From the NCBI GenBank assembly GCA_000002445.1, contig CM000208.1:864001-928000 (forward strand): a stretch of DNA of 64,000 nt, read 5' to 3'. Position 1 is the first letter of the stretch. Each line of letters starts with the position of its first letter. Made by a program: the position numbers and the translations under genes. The notes beneath the pieces were generated by a model. The model was not told the origin of the DNA. It was given only the letters and a program-made list of their open reading frames with translations, and did no database searches. Positions 1-12,400 of the stretch are shown in pieces. This stretch comes from Trypanosoma brucei. Taxonomy: Eukaryota.

Positions 1-23
1 ACTCCGGTGATGGCGTCAATTCA

Positions 24-1547
24 ATGGAAACTCGAATGAAGGGAGATCCATGGCGTTTTGCTGTTGCTGCTATATTTTGCCTATTGTCCATTTCAAATGC
101 CATGCAGTGGATTGCATTTGCTTCAATATTCGATGAAACACGTACCTATTTCAATATGACTGCCGTGCAAGTGAACTACCTTGCAACAACATACGTCATC
201 GCTTACGTTGTTGCTGTGTTCCTCAGTTGTAAGTTGTTTGAGGTAACTGGACTAAAAGCGGGAATCCTTATTGCGGCGACAGCCAATGCTATTGGTGCAA
301 GTATTAAACTTGTTGCAGTGTATGCATGGCCACATATGATTCTTTTGTTTCTCGCCCAGGCCTTTAACTCTGTAACAGAAATTCTCACGATTGCAACCCC
401 GCCACTCATTGCTAATCGATGGTTTCCCGTGGAGGAACGTGTGGCCGCCAACGCTGTAATGACCATTTGTCTCAATGTAGGTTGTGGTTTGGGTGCATTA
501 ATTCCCGTTTTCTTCGTTAGTCCTGAGAAACAGGAACAGCGCCACTTTGCTGCTCTCTTTTGGTTTCAATTTGGTCTATGTGCCGGCACGTTTGCACTTA
601 CCTTTATTATTCCCCAGCTCCCACGGCAATCACCAAGCTACGCTGCTGACAGACAACAGAAAATGGAGGCGAAACGTTTGAGAACCTTACGTGAACGCCA
701 GAACCGTCAAAGTGGTGCCGGAGCTCCCGCTGAAACGCAACCACCACTTGAAGTAGTAGAGGATGATAGACTAAATATGTATGACGATGATGATGTCGAG
801 TCTGTCGCAGAACCCATCAATGTCTTCTCCACGCTGGGGGACACTTTCCGAGCGATGAGAACTAATTCCTCCTTTGTTTTTCTCTCAATTGCAAGCGCCG
901 CAGAACTCGGTCTCATTTGGTCCGTGGCGACGGTGCTTCCGCAGTGCCTTGTGCCATTTGGTGTAACTGGATCCGAATCGGGGTGGATAAGTTTCCTGAA
1001 TCTTGTACTTGGCAGTGTTATAGCCCCAATTGTCATGCATTACTTTGGCCAAAATTGGAGGCACAAGCAGTCACTGCTTGTTATCTCTATCATACTTGTT
1101 GTAAATGTTTGCGCTTTGTGCCTTTGCTACTATTTTGGTCCTTCTGGCGACGACCACCGTATTTACTATGTCGTAGTTGTATTCCTTCTTTGGGGTGGAG
1201 TAGCCGGGCTTTGCCAAAACTTCATGTTGCCCATCATGTTTGATTTCGTTGTTGAGTTAACTTTCCCTATGAGGGAGTCCACAAGCGCACCAGTACTGAC
1301 GTGGGCGGCATGTTTGTCTAATTTGGTGTTGACCGTAGTTTTTGGTGAAGTGCTTGGGGAGAATCCTACGCGAACTGATTCAGCAAAGGTGCTTCTGGGA
1401 ACCGTCATTGTGTGTATTATCGGATGCGTTGCGCTCGTGTTGGTTCGCCCTCTCAAGAGGAGGGAGGAATTTGAACATCGTATGGAAGAGTTGGATCGTG
1501 CGGCATTGCAACTTCCGCAAGATGCCTCACACGAGAGAGTCAGATGA
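24..1547 (+). CDS. Polytopic membrane transporter of the major facilitator superfamily type, about 12 predicted TM helices, C-terminal cytosolic tail.
   Basis: 507-aa ORF starting at ATG 24. Alternating hydrophobic helices with short loops and a central charged loop (QQKMEAKRLRTLRERQ...). N-terminal half resembles MFS_1/FLVCR-like carriers. A polypyrimidine region upstream is cut by the window edge. Confidence 0.55.
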   Translation: METRMKGDPWRFAVAAIFCLLSISNAMQWIAFASIFDETRTYFNMTAVQVNYLATTYVIAYVVAVFLSCKLFEVTGLKAGILIAATANAIGASIKLVAVYAWPHMILLFLAQAFNSVTEILTIATPPLIANRWFPVEERVAANAVMTICLNVGCGLGALIPVFFVSPEKQEQRHFAALFWFQFGLCAGTFALTFIIPQLPRQSPSYAADRQQKMEAKRLRTLRERQNRQSGAGAPAETQPPLEVVEDDRLNMYDDDDVESVAEPINVFSTLGDTFRAMRTNSSFVFLSIASAAELGLIWSVATVLPQCLVPFGVTGSESGWISFLNLVLGSVIAPIVMHYFGQNWRHKQSLLVISIILVVNVCALCLCYYFGPSGDDHRIYYVVVVFLLWGGVAGLCQNFMLPIMFDFVVELTFPMRESTSAPVLTWAACLSNLVLTVVFGEVLGENPTRTDSAKVLLGTVIVCIIGCVALVLVRPLKRREEFEHRMEELDRAALQLPQDASHERVR

Positions 1548-3907
1548 GACTCGCTGATGTTGTGTTTAGTGAGGTGCTCCATACATCAAATAAATGAATA
1601 TTTATTAATTTATTATTGTTTATTTACGCGTTATATAAACCGAAGTGTTTGTTTTTGTATTTGTTTAAAACCGTTTGCTTATAGGGAGCAAATGGAGCAT
1701 GATGGAAGAAAAAAATAAATAAGGACACATAGTGAGACTGATTGTGCTGTAATTGTGCGGTTGTGTGTTTTCTGTCACATCTGAAGAAAAGATAAGGTTC
1801 TTCTATTTTTTTATTTTTTCTACCGAAAGGGCGTAGTTTCCAAACAACGGCGGCGGCCTTTTGCAGTTGTGGAAGAAGGTGGGAAGGGAGTGGGAGGGGG
1901 ACGAGGTGTGTTACTGCTTTTAGTGAGAAAATATATGAGCACCGCATATATATTCTACCTTACTTTTTTTTCTATTCTTTTCTTGTTGCCACTCGCTCGT
2001 GGACTGTTGTCTAAACACACAGACAAATGTATATAATATATATATACTTATATATTTATTAATTTATTTATAATTGTGTCTGTATTTATATGTATGTTTG
2101 GTAACTGATCATGTGAAAGGAGGAAAAGGGAGATACGGCGGTGGAAGAGGAGAACGAAATAATAGAACGAAAATAAATGAAAAAGGAAAGGAAAAATGGA
2201 CATGAAGTGAGGTGAGAGGCAAATCACATTAAATCGAACACGAAATTTAGTAGAGTTTGTCATTGTTTGTGTTAGGGTGCTTGGAGGGAGAAAAGAAAGG
2301 TTTTTTTTTGTAGTGGTAGGAATGTTATAAACAGCCAAAATACATTAAGTGTGCCTTGCGTTCTCAGTTCTCAAGGGATTAGCACATTTACCTTTTTTTC
2401 TTCGTTTTATTTTGTTATTTCATGTGTGAGCACTTGTTCTCCCTTTTTTTTTCCCGCTTTTTTTTCCTGGTTCCTTAACTAACTCTCGTCGGCAATTCAG
2501 TCCTCGGTACCAGAGTATTTTTTTTTAATTTTTAGATAGGTTACTAACCCTTAATTACCCTCCTTAGTGAATTTCTACTTTTGTTTGCTTTTTTTAAATA
2601 TTATCTTTCATTTTTATTTTTATTTTTTACAATGCGGCGGGCGATGATACAAAAAAAAAAGAATTTCTCTCCCATGCTTCTTTTACTGTTTCATGTGTCA
2701 ACGCTGTGATACGTTATTATTGTTATCCGTTTATGCTCACATTTAAGCAGACGTGTGAAAGAAAGCAAAAAGGAAAAAGAAGTTTGGTAAAATGTTTGTT
2801 GAACGCATGCTACTGTATAACTTTATTTCGCATATCTGCATTTATTAACTCGTTGTTTCTTAGATTATATATTTGGTTTCCTTTTTTGTCTTTTTCTTTT
2901 ATTAAAGGGTAAAGTTGTTGTTTGCTGTTGTTTAGAATCAACATTCTCCCCCTCCTCCCCTCAATACTTGAAGCGGTAGTCACTCTTCTTCCTTTCCTTT
3001 CATGGATTCGTGACAAAAAAAAATTACCTCATGGAGGTATTAAAATGCGAAATGTTCCGTTTCACTCATTTCACTTCTCTGTGAAATTTTGTGTGGATGC
3101 AGAGATTCCTGTTCTTGCGGATGCGGGTATATATATAAATATATTTATATTACTTCTGATTATTTAGCAAATTGATGCAAGAGCATCATGGCTTGTAAGG
3201 CATGACTGTTAAGATTTCCTTTCGTTTCCTAAAGTGAAAATAATGAATATATGCGTTATTCCATCACTGAAGCATAGACATGAGCAGGTGCCACATGTTT
3301 GGACTGTGCTTCAACATATTGTTTGCGTTTGAATGTCGATTGGAGGTTTCGTTATTTGATTTAAACCTCTGTAAATTCTATAGGGTCTTCACTTTAGCTC
3401 GGGCAGAACGCAGTGAAAGTGAGGGATCTGTGGAACGAGGCAGCCGGCACTGTGTGGTTGGTGGTTTCGGTTCCTGAAACTTTGTGTATTTAAAAAAAGG
3501 AAATCACACACATAATCGTCACTATGAGCAATACATAGTGTGGCAGGTGTGTGGTTATTTATTGATTTATTTCGAATCTTCAGTATATGCAAGTTTTTTG
3601 GTACTTAAACGTCGCTACAACTGAAGTAGAGGTTCCTTCGTTTCCCCAATATTAGCTGTGTGGAAGAGGAGTTACTCCATATGTGGTGTTACGTGAGGAT
3701 TCTTCGGTTAATGAATCCATTTATATTCGAGAAAAGAAGTGATTTTTTTTCTTTGCTTCGATGTCTGATCTGCTGCGCTGGAAACTAAGGGAGTGTGGTT
3801 GTTGTCGTACTTCTCACATATACCTTCCCTTTTTCACATTGTTTGTTGTTGTCAATTATCCATATCAAAAGTTAAAGCGCAGGTAATAATTACATTAATA
3901 AAATCTC

Positions 3908-6730
3908 ATGCCGCGGTTGTTGTTACCGTGTGGTGTTGAGCTCATCAACAGCAGCACCTCACAACCTCATAATATGTTGGTGAATGAGGAACAGAGAGGA
4001 CTTGAGGAGCGATCGGTACTGAATGCCGAAATGGACTTTTTCACCGACGAGTATCTCTCCGCTCACGCAGGTGCCACCCGCCCTCACACCACCATTAGCG
4101 GGAACACAAGGGAGACATGCAATGGAGAGCAGGGATCGTGTGTTTCACAGGAAAGGACTACAGAGGGTTCAATCGCAGCTATCGATTGCGATGTTTCACT
4201 GCAACTCATTCAATCGGGCCGGGGCAGTGGCCACAGTGTTGTATACACTGTTCGTGTACCTGCGGCGGTCTCATTCTCATCCCCATCGACAGAATCGGAA
4301 TTGGCGGCTAACGGCTCTGCTACCTCTCTGCGCCTGCAACAAATTGTCAATTCAGAGTGGCGGAACAGGAAGGAGGAAATGACCAACATGGGTGGCGCAT
4401 GGGAGGGAAGGGAATCCACTCCAACTGCAGCCACCTGTTGTTGCGATGCATTTGATTGCGAAGAAGCTGCTGCTGGTCCCAACTACCCCGCTGACCGTTT
4501 TCGTGGCCGCAGGTTGGCGACGCCCAAAGCAACACCTTATGGAACGGGAGCCGATCCTTCTGCTACTCATTTCGAAGAAACTTTCCGTAACACTGCCTTC
4601 AGTATATCAGAGACTGGGATCAACCCTGTCTCACATCTGCCGCCCGTATGTGCGGTGCGGTTACCACCCGATTTTGTGTTCGGGTTACGACTTCCACCAG
4701 ATACGGAAAGGCGACTTGTTGAGCTGTACAATGGTGGATCGGTAACTCTGAGAGAGGTGAAAACACCAAAAATTCCCAAGTGGCTCACCGCTTTTTTCTA
4801 CACCTCGGGGGTGCGTTGCCAACTTTCCACACCACTTCCTTCGACTCCGGAGACCAGACTGGTCGGAGGGTTGATGAACAAGCTTTCCGCAGTTTCCGTG
4901 TTGGAAGGGTTTTGCATCGCCGCTCTCCATGTTGTTTCTCATATGGGTGAGTTACGGTTGCATAACGGGGGCCAGAAACTCCACGTGAGTGAAACGGCAG
5001 GGGTGGATGATGCACAGCGTTGCTTGCTGGATGAAGGTGGCATCTTTGCTCACACACAGGAGGAACAAATAAGGCTCTGGCTGCATCGTTATGTTCCGCA
5101 AGAGGCATACACAAATGGCAGGGATGGAGATGTTGCGCAAAGAGACGCAGATTCAACTTCCGTGTATCCATCAGCTGTGGCCGTTGTGTACTACATCGCC
5201 ATTGAACTAGCACGGGGACTGTTCCCCTGCATTCTTTCAGGGTTGGAAGCTACAATTCTTACTGCATTGCAGCCACTTGTCAGCGCACAGACTCTGATCC
5301 CAGAGGTTTCCGGATGCAGATCATCGCGTTTACCGCGGCCAGCGAGCCACAACCGTGCGATTTCGCTGCTGACACAGAGCCCTATGTCTTTATGGTGGTG
5401 GTGGCGGCAACGTGACTCCCACAGTGATGCTGTAGAGAGAGAGTGTAATGGGAAAAACAAGGCTCTTTCCTCCCTCCCAATTCGCTGTCCGAATGCAGTC
5501 GCCACTGCAAGGGGATATGGCGCGGTCCGATTTTTAAAGTTTTTTTCATTCTTCTGCGTAGAGCAAATCACGGCTGAGACACGGCACGTTGAAGAAGCGA
5601 GGGAGTTTTTCGAGGTGGCACAGTTCCTTGCTTCGTCCTCAGCACTTTTCAGTGAACTACTATTGGATCGTGAGGTAATGAGCGTCCTGGAGCGAACTAC
5701 AACAGAAGTTGGTAAACTCACTCGTAAAGAAGCAGAAGATTGCGGTCATGGTCGAGCCAATGCTGAGCCTACACAAGTAACGCGGATCCTAATGCGTTGC
5801 TTCGTTGTGCTTATCTGTTGGATGGCGTTTCGGCCCTCAGGGTACTCTCGTTCACTTGCGCGAACGTACTTTGCATATATTCTGCGCCCCGCCTCCTGCT
5901 TGTGTGAGCTGTCGATGAAAAGGGGAATGATATCCGATGCGGCTAAGAAGGATGGGGTAAATTCGGCATTAGTGGCTTGCGTGCACGATTACTTTTCAAA
6001 AATATCTTCGCTGTTGCATGCGGTTCGTGGCTTTAGCCGCCCGCAGCGCCGTCGAAGGCAGCAAGCGGATTTTCCTTCCCGAAACCCGTGGAGACCTCTT
6101 GGGTGTACTGAAGAGGTCAGTGTTCTTGGTAACGGCGATTGTGGTTGTAATGATGACCAAACAACTATTACTTCACGCAGTCATGCATCTGCAAGTTCCT
6201 TCCTCCCCACCCACTCTTCAAACGGCATTGCAACAAATCCCGCCCATCACCTGCTTACACGCGGTTTGTCTTGCGCTACTTCCGAGGATGAACTGATATT
6301 CTCGTCGCATTCGTTGCGACTTCTCCGCCACGCCATCCGCCATGCCCGTGGTGTTCTTCAGTCACTTAGAAGTGATGTGCTCGGAACCAGCGAATGCACG
6401 GCAGCTTTTGACGTGGTGACCGGTTCAAAGCGGTTCCGCGAGAGTTCGGGTACCAGTACCTTAGAAGGGGCATATGACCAATGTGCACCGCAGTGTGAGA
6501 TGAAATGCGCATGTGCCAAAACACCACAACTACATCATTTTTTGGGTGAATGCGAGGACCCTTCACTATATGTCGGAGGTGTCTTATGGAGCGTTTCAAG
6601 TGAAGATGAGGAGGATAGTGCCGGTATATTTACCACCTCCACCACAACCAACCCAACAACACCAACCACCGCGAGTGATAGTGGCACCGGCAGCGCGATT
6701 GAAGCCACATCGTGGCATTTTGTTGAATAG
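3908..6730 (+). CDS. Hypothetical protein of 940 aa with no recognisable domain. Thr/Pro-rich C-terminal tail.
   Basis: Long uninterrupted + strand ORF with an ATG start at 3908, preceded by a polypyrimidine tract at about 3815-3860. Codon usage is like the neighbouring genes. All nested and antisense ORFs inside it are short. Confidence 0.5.
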   Translation: MPRLLLPCGVELINSSTSQPHNMLVNEEQRGLEERSVLNAEMDFFTDEYLSAHAGATRPHTTISGNTRETCNGEQGSCVSQERTTEGSIAAIDCDVSLQLIQSGRGSGHSVVYTVRVPAAVSFSSPSTESELAANGSATSLRLQQIVNSEWRNRKEEMTNMGGAWEGRESTPTAATCCCDAFDCEEAAAGPNYPADRFRGRRLATPKATPYGTGADPSATHFEETFRNTAFSISETGINPVSHLPPVCAVRLPPDFVFGLRLPPDTERRLVELYNGGSVTLREVKTPKIPKWLTAFFYTSGVRCQLSTPLPSTPETRLVGGLMNKLSAVSVLEGFCIAALHVVSHMGELRLHNGGQKLHVSETAGVDDAQRCLLDEGGIFAHTQEEQIRLWLHRYVPQEAYTNGRDGDVAQRDADSTSVYPSAVAVVYYIAIELARGLFPCILSGLEATILTALQPLVSAQTLIPEVSGCRSSRLPRPASHNRAISLLTQSPMSLWWWWRQRDSHSDAVERECNGKNKALSSLPIRCPNAVATARGYGAVRFLKFFSFFCVEQITAETRHVEEAREFFEVAQFLASSSALFSELLLDREVMSVLERTTTEVGKLTRKEAEDCGHGRANAEPTQVTRILMRCFVVLICWMAFRPSGYSRSLARTYFAYILRPASCLCELSMKRGMISDAAKKDGVNSALVACVHDYFSKISSLLHAVRGFSRPQRRRRQQADFPSRNPWRPLGCTEEVSVLGNGDCGCNDDQTTITSRSHASASSFLPTHSSNGIATNPAHHLLTRGLSCATSEDELIFSSHSLRLLRHAIRHARGVLQSLRSDVLGTSECTAAFDVVTGSKRFRESSGTSTLEGAYDQCAPQCEMKCACAKTPQLHHFLGECEDPSLYVGGVLWSVSSEDEEDSAGIFTTSTTTNPTTPTTASDSGTGSAIEATSWHFVE

Positions 6731-8020
6731 TGTGGTTGGATTGTTGTTATCATTCACTTATTTTAAAGGGGGAAATATGCTCAAAACTAATCTCATTAAT
6801 ACTACCACCACTGCCTCCCTGCGGCTATAGCGTTTTAAGTGCATTGGGGGGTGGTACATAGACAAAACGTTTTCTCGTCGTTGTAGTTCGAAAATCTTCC
6901 CCCTTCTTATTTTATTTTCCCTTATCGCGCTTATCACTTCGTTCTTAACAGCGCTGATTACTTTCTCTAGCGGGTGTTGTGAAACTGCATGGAAGACTTT
7001 TCTTCTTTCTTTTTCTCCATACGATTATTTCTATCATTAAATATTTCGTTCTTTCTCTTAGTTATTTATACTGTGTTTATCTTCCCTCGTTTTCTAAAAA
7101 CAAAAATGCCTTCTCTGTGTTTAAGTTATTTTTTTTCTTTAAAAAATAAATTATTGTTATTATTATTTGTTGGTTACCGTGTATTCAGCCGTAGAGGCAC
7201 TTTAGTTCCCGCGTTTGAGAGTGAAACCAGAATATTTGTTTAATCTTCACATGCGTAACAAACAGAAACCCCTCGTTACGAGAAGGGATATGAATGCTCC
7301 ATGCGAGAAGAGTAAGCACAAGATTTTATCCCCTGCCACTTTTTTTCTTTTTACACTCCAGTTTCACAGAGTCATAGCACCTACTCCCGGAAGCGCCTCA
7401 CGTGTTCTGATATGGGAGTCACTTTTTCATTTCATTTCATTTTTAATTGCTATCTCTTTTATAAGTGATCCCTCTGTTTCATTAATTTCAAAATCGTTAT
7501 ATTAGCCTTTAAAAACTTTCAGTGTGATCTTTCCGTTGTTGTTTTACCATCCCTTATTCTTCCCACTTTTTTTTTGCTTTTTGATCATATGATCAATTTT
7601 TAAAAACAATATATTATTTCGATTCTTTACTTTATTGATTATTTTTGTTTCTTTTATTGTTTTCTTTACTGTTTGTTTGTTTGTTTTTTTCAGTTGATGA
7701 GATTGTGATTTTGACAGGTTTTGTTTTTTGTTTTGTTCCTCTCCTCCACACCAACGAAAACAGAATGGAATAAATATTCAACAAGGTGAGGAAAGGGAGA
7801 GAATGAGAGATGAGGTGAGGTGAAACGATGTGACATTGCCACTCTGCAGGAAAGATGGTAAAATAACCCATTTCTTGTAATATTATGGCGTTGCGCCTTT
7901 CACATTCGTCACAGCGAAGCCGATACATTTCTTCTTCCGCTTTCCACATACGTCAATTTCCTCTTTTTTTTTTTACCATATATTGATTAATTTTAACTAC
8001 CTAGACAATTGCCGTTTGTG

Positions 8021-8072
8021 TCAATTCACTTTCTATTACGTTCTTTTCTCTTGTGCCTCAATCTCATATTTT
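8021..8072 (+). promoter_or_regulatory. Polypyrimidine tract, putative spliced-leader trans-splice acceptor region for P1 copy 1.
   Basis: A C/T-rich run (tcaattcactttctattacgttcttttctcttgtgcctcaatctcatatttt) 37-88 nt upstream of ATG 8109, followed by AG dinucleotides. This is the typical kinetoplastid pre-mRNA processing signal. Confidence 0.4.
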
Positions 8073-8108
8073 CAAAACCTAATGTAAAGGTTCTACTGTA
8101 AAGGGAGG

Positions 8109-8453
8109 ATGGCACAATCGATAAACCCTGCAGACACGTTAGCGTGTACATACGCTTCTCTAATGCTGAGCGATGCTGGTCTCCCCATCACTGCCGAGAG
8201 CATTAACTCCGCCTGCAAGGCTGCTGGTTTGGAAGTACGTGACACACTGCCCATCCTTTTTGCTCGTTTCCTTGAGAAGAAACCGATCGAAAGCCTTTTA
8301 GCTGCCGCTGCAGCCGTTGCTCCTCAAGAAGGAGCTCTTCCTGCTGCTCCGGCCGCTGCTGCCGCTGGTGGCGCTGCTCCTGCTGCTGCTGACGACAAGA
8401 AGAAGGAGGAAGAAGAGGATGATGACGATATGGGCTTCGGTTTATTTGATTGA
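8109..8453 (+). CDS. RPLP1: 60S acidic ribosomal protein P1 (stalk protein), copy 1.
   Basis: 114 aa. N-terminal LACTYASLMLSDAG matches the P1-type motif (P1 proteins carry LACTYAALIL). Ala/Pro-rich hinge. C-terminal KKEEEEDDDDMGFGLFD is the universal P-protein tail. Confidence 0.9.
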   Translation: MAQSINPADTLACTYASLMLSDAGLPITAESINSACKAAGLEVRDTLPILFARFLEKKPIESLLAAAAAVAPQEGALPAAPAAAAAGGAAPAAADDKKKEEEEDDDDMGFGLFD

Positions 8454-8731
8454 GCACCCGTTTTGGCGGCGTCGCTTTGAGCAACCTACGACGGACCAAA
8501 GTTGTTTGATTTCATTTTCTTATTTTGTATCCCCAGAAGGCGTTGTGCACTCTTTCTTGTTTTGAATAACTTCTCCTTTGTTACTCGGTATCACGAGTCC
8601 ACACACTTTTCCAACCACACACTAGAGGCTACTCATCGCCGTAAACATTTGTGATGCACTTTGCTCCATCTCCTTTTTTCCTCGTTTGGTATTTGTATGC
8701 ACATGAATATATAGCAGTCTTGCACCCAAGG

Positions 8732-9076
8732 ATGGCACAATCGATAAACCCTGCAGACACGTTAGCGTGTACATACGCTTCTCTAATGCTGAGCGATGCT
8801 GGTCTCCCCATCACTGCCGAGAGCATTAACTCCGCCTGCAAGGCTGCTGGTTTGGAAGTACGTGACACACTGCCCATCCTTTTTGCTCGTTTCCTTGAGA
8901 AGAAACCGATCGAAAGCCTTTTAGCTGCCGCTGCAGCCGTTGCTCCTCAAGAAGGAGCTCTTCCTGCTGCTCCGGCCGCTGCTGCCGCTGGTGGCGCTGC
9001 TCCTGCTGCTGCTGACGACAAGAAGAAGGAGGAAGAAGAGGATGATGACGATATGGGCTTCGGTTTATTTGATTGA
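8732..9076 (+). CDS. RPLP1: 60S acidic ribosomal protein P1, copy 2. CDS is 100% identical to copy 1.
   Basis: Same 114-aa protein. Nucleotide identity with 8109..8453 runs from the ATG to about 17 nt past the TGA. The in-frame upstream ATG at 8654 (ORF 8651..9076) sits inside the polypyrimidine tract and is not shared with copy 1, so the start is called at 8732. Confidence 0.9.
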   Translation: MAQSINPADTLACTYASLMLSDAGLPITAESINSACKAAGLEVRDTLPILFARFLEKKPIESLLAAAAAVAPQEGALPAAPAAAAAGGAAPAAADDKKKEEEEDDDDMGFGLFD

Positions 9077-9481
9077 GCACCCGTTTTGGCGGCTTCGGTC
9101 GCCGTTGGTGTAGCTGGACACGTGGACGGCAACTTTTATTTCTTCCCCCTTTTTTCGCTTTCATCATTTTATTTACTGCATATTGTTCTTCGTCTTTGGG
9201 ACCAATGTGGTCGCGAAACGCATGCCGTCCGTACGCACTGTCAGATACTCGCTGCTCTTGTTCAACCGTATTTCATTCAATGAAATTGTTGGCACTATAC
9301 CCAATTTGTAATAATGATAATAATTATAACGACTTCATGCTATAGATTCGAGGTGGATTAGTAGTTTCATACCCTCTGTCATTTTTTGTCGTGTTGCCGG
9401 AAGGCGAGACAGGTAACTCCAATTAATACGATTGTTCCAACACAATCGGGGCGCCAAAGCATCCAGTTTCGCAGAGCCGCT

Positions 9482-12400
9482 ATGAGCGGCCGCGGAGGAT
9501 CTCGTGCACAGTCACCATGCGTGACCCCTTCGCGGTGTTTCTTAACGAACCCCTTCAAAATCTCACCTGCGCAAACACCGAAGACGACGTACCTCATGCG
9601 AATACTTGGCGAAAGTATACGGCGCTCAAGTAACGTCGTGGCAACAGTGGCAGCCACTGTCGTGTTACTTGAGGATGACGGCTTCTCCACCAATTCTGAG
9701 TTCTTGATGAAGTGGTGGCGTATGTTGGAGAGATGTCTCGGGGAGTTGGCGGGTGTCGTGAATAGCTGTGAAGAGAATATCAGGGAGAAGGACATGCGGG
9801 TTTTGCTTGCACTTTCACATGGTTTTGCTCTTGCAGCCCAATTGTCATCATTGGAACGTCGGTTCCTCGCCTGTTTACATCGTTTTGCCGAGGTTTGTGA
9901 AGGGGCTGAAACTGTTGGTGCGGGGGAGAAGCTATCTGGTGCATTGTCAGACATTACTTCCCTGCTGAAAGGGGAAGAAACGATACTGGTAGCGATTAGA
10001 AGACAGGAAGCAAATTACATCGAGAAAGCTATCGCACTCCAGGAAGAGGTATTTCGTGTGGGGGAGGAGGGTGAACCGTTTTTCGGCAAAGTGGAGGAGC
10101 CCGAGACGAGAAGGACGTACTTGGGGAGTCTGTGGCATGCTCTCACTGCGCCATTTGATGATTCGGAAGAGGTGAATAATGAACAACTAGTCGCTGCGGA
10201 CGGGGGCGATTGGAGTCAACTCATCTCCACCTTTGGCAGCGGTGGTGGGGCTTCAGTTTGCAATTGGGACGACTCAATGTTACTAAACTCAATCGTGGAA
10301 TGCGCCTTCGCGTCCGCGGAGCAGCAGCACACGCTTCTTTCGGAGCGCAATTTCGCAGTAGCGCTCTTCTTGTTTTCTACGAAATGTAACGTACTGGAGG
10401 AGTTGGTGGAAGTCTGCTTCCAGTTGAGACTCGGAAACGGTGGTCTGTTTGGATTTGAGAAACTAATGTACACCGATGTGTCATCACAGCGAGAAAGGAC
10501 GGTAGATTGGCTCTCTACCATTTTATCGCCGTTACGCGAAGATGTTTTGCATTTAGAACTTTGTGACGGCAACCCAAAACCCCCATATTTTGTGGCTGTA
10601 GTTTTCCTTACATTACTGTGGAATACAACATACTGCATGTGGAAGCGGGGGTGCATTAGGGAGGCATACGAGTGGTTGCGGGTAGTAGACTTGGGACAAC
10701 TGCGGCGGATGGCGAAGGCTGAGGATGAGAGGGGGATGAAGCGAGAGATATCTCCGGAAAGTGGAGTCAACAGTGAAGCCGAAGATGTAGGAAATGTACA
10801 AGAGGAGTTGAAGTACACTGGATCACTTTCGTGGGATTACATTGTGCACCGGGCAGCGGGGTGTCCGGGACCCGATCGGGCTAAACAAGTTCACAGACAT
10901 AGCGAAGTAGATTTTAGGCATGATAGGAGCGGACAACTAATGTGGTTCGTCCACCACATCAGTTGCCTGCGGAATGCTTGTGCTCTCGCTCTTCTTTGTA
11001 GTACCCCACATGATGTAATGTACATTATATCCAAATTTCATCACTCGCGCCGCTGGCAGTGGCGTCAATGTGTTTATTTACACGAAAGTGCGAAAGACGC
11101 CGGAGCTAACCTCTCGGCAGAGTTTGGAGTTGTAGATTCAAAGTTTGAAGTGTTATCCCTTACTAATTTTATCGTGGAGAACTATCTTGCAAGGCGTTCT
11201 GTGCGAATGTATCATTTTCGATCCCCGCCATCACCGAGGAAGGCAACGTCTTCAGACACGACTATTGAAGGGTCGGTTGTGCATGTGTGTGATGAGCTCA
11301 TTTGTAGCATGAGTTACGGCAGGTTCTCTGGAGTTAAGGAGATGGAGGAGGCGATGTTTTCTGAGTTGTTTGGTGCCTGTTGCGAGGGGGAAATCGGTGA
11401 GGAAACAGGAGGAGAAGCAACAACTGAAGGAGATGATGGTAGTCAGAGAAGACTTAATTGGTTGGAGGTGCACGTTGCCAAGGTGGCTGTCGCCTTCGCT
11501 CGGGATTTTCGCGGTAATATATATTTTCAAAACGCTTGGGTGGGAACTGAAAGAGGTGCAAGAAGTGAGAAACATTCGGGTGGTGGTGCCGAAGAGGCCA
11601 GTTGGTCCTCAGTGTTGCCGTTGGTTAAAGGTTTGCATGGTTCTGCTGCGCACCCACCGATGCCCACAGATGCTGGAGGAGGGAACCAACCCATTAACGC
11701 CTGCTCCCAGGGAACAACACACCATGAATTTGAAAAGGAGCCCCAAGGATTGTTGCGTCACGTCAGTTGTATGGTTCCAGTGCGGATGACACCTCCTCGG
11801 GTCGAGCATCAAGCAGAGAATGAGAGGTGCACCTTGTGGCTTCCTTCAAGAAAGGGCGTTGGACTACTTCTACTTCCAGAGGAAACTGATGTGAATGGAG
11901 AATACGATTCTTTCGGTGAGGTTGCGTTGCGATTGTTGGTTATTGCATGTCGATATTGTGACTCAATGAAACTACTCCCCCTGCACAGTCGTTTTTCCCA
12001 TCATGCAGTGCCAGAGGCCGGGAGAGTAGACGCTGAGAATAACGATCATTTAAGCGGATGGGACAGTTGTCATGCGTTGCTGCCCTCTGTCGTGCATGAA
12101 CTTAACGTTGGGCTTTCACTAATTACTGACGAGCTTAGGAGCAGCGCCGGGGGTGATGTTCTCTCGGTGTGGCATCAACAAAGGGACTCAAGCATTAGTC
12201 GTTTCCGTCTCAATCACTTAGTTAGCGTTACTTTGCATGGATTGTGCTCTGATGCGTTGACTTCGATAGAACTACAGATGCGGGAGGAGTCGTCTGTAAT
12301 TTCGGCTCGATGTACCATTAGCCAAGCAGTGGGTGCGGTACAGGAAAGCGATCAAGGTGAGCTTACCGTCATAGACTCATGCAGTACTCCTAGAGATCTT

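Larger units (their letters stand above)
8107..9093 (+). repeat. Tandem direct duplication with a unit of about 623 bp carrying the P1 gene. Identical blocks are 8107..8470 and 8730..9093.
   Basis: By direct comparison the two blocks are base-for-base identical across the CDS plus 17 nt of 3' flank. Sequence upstream of each ATG and beyond +17 nt of each stop has diverged. Confidence 0.9.

Noticed and set aside
4785-5213. Antisense and nested ORFs inside large + strand genes, for example 4785..5213 -, 35723..36040 -, 36317..36796 -, 41791..42487 -, 54515..55162 -, 57680..58294 -.
   Set aside because: They are short, lie wholly within longer + strand ORFs that have recognisable domains or consistent codon usage, and have no independent homology. 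The polycistronic unit is uniformly + strand.
8651-9076. ORF extending P1 copy 2 by 27 N-terminal residues (GTG 8651, in-frame ATG 8654).
   Set aside because: The extension (MHFAPSPFFLVWYLYAHEYIAVLHPR) is not shared with the otherwise identical copy 1. It lies inside the pyrimidine tract expected to be removed by trans-splicing, and P1 proteins start MAQ/MS. The start is called at 8732.
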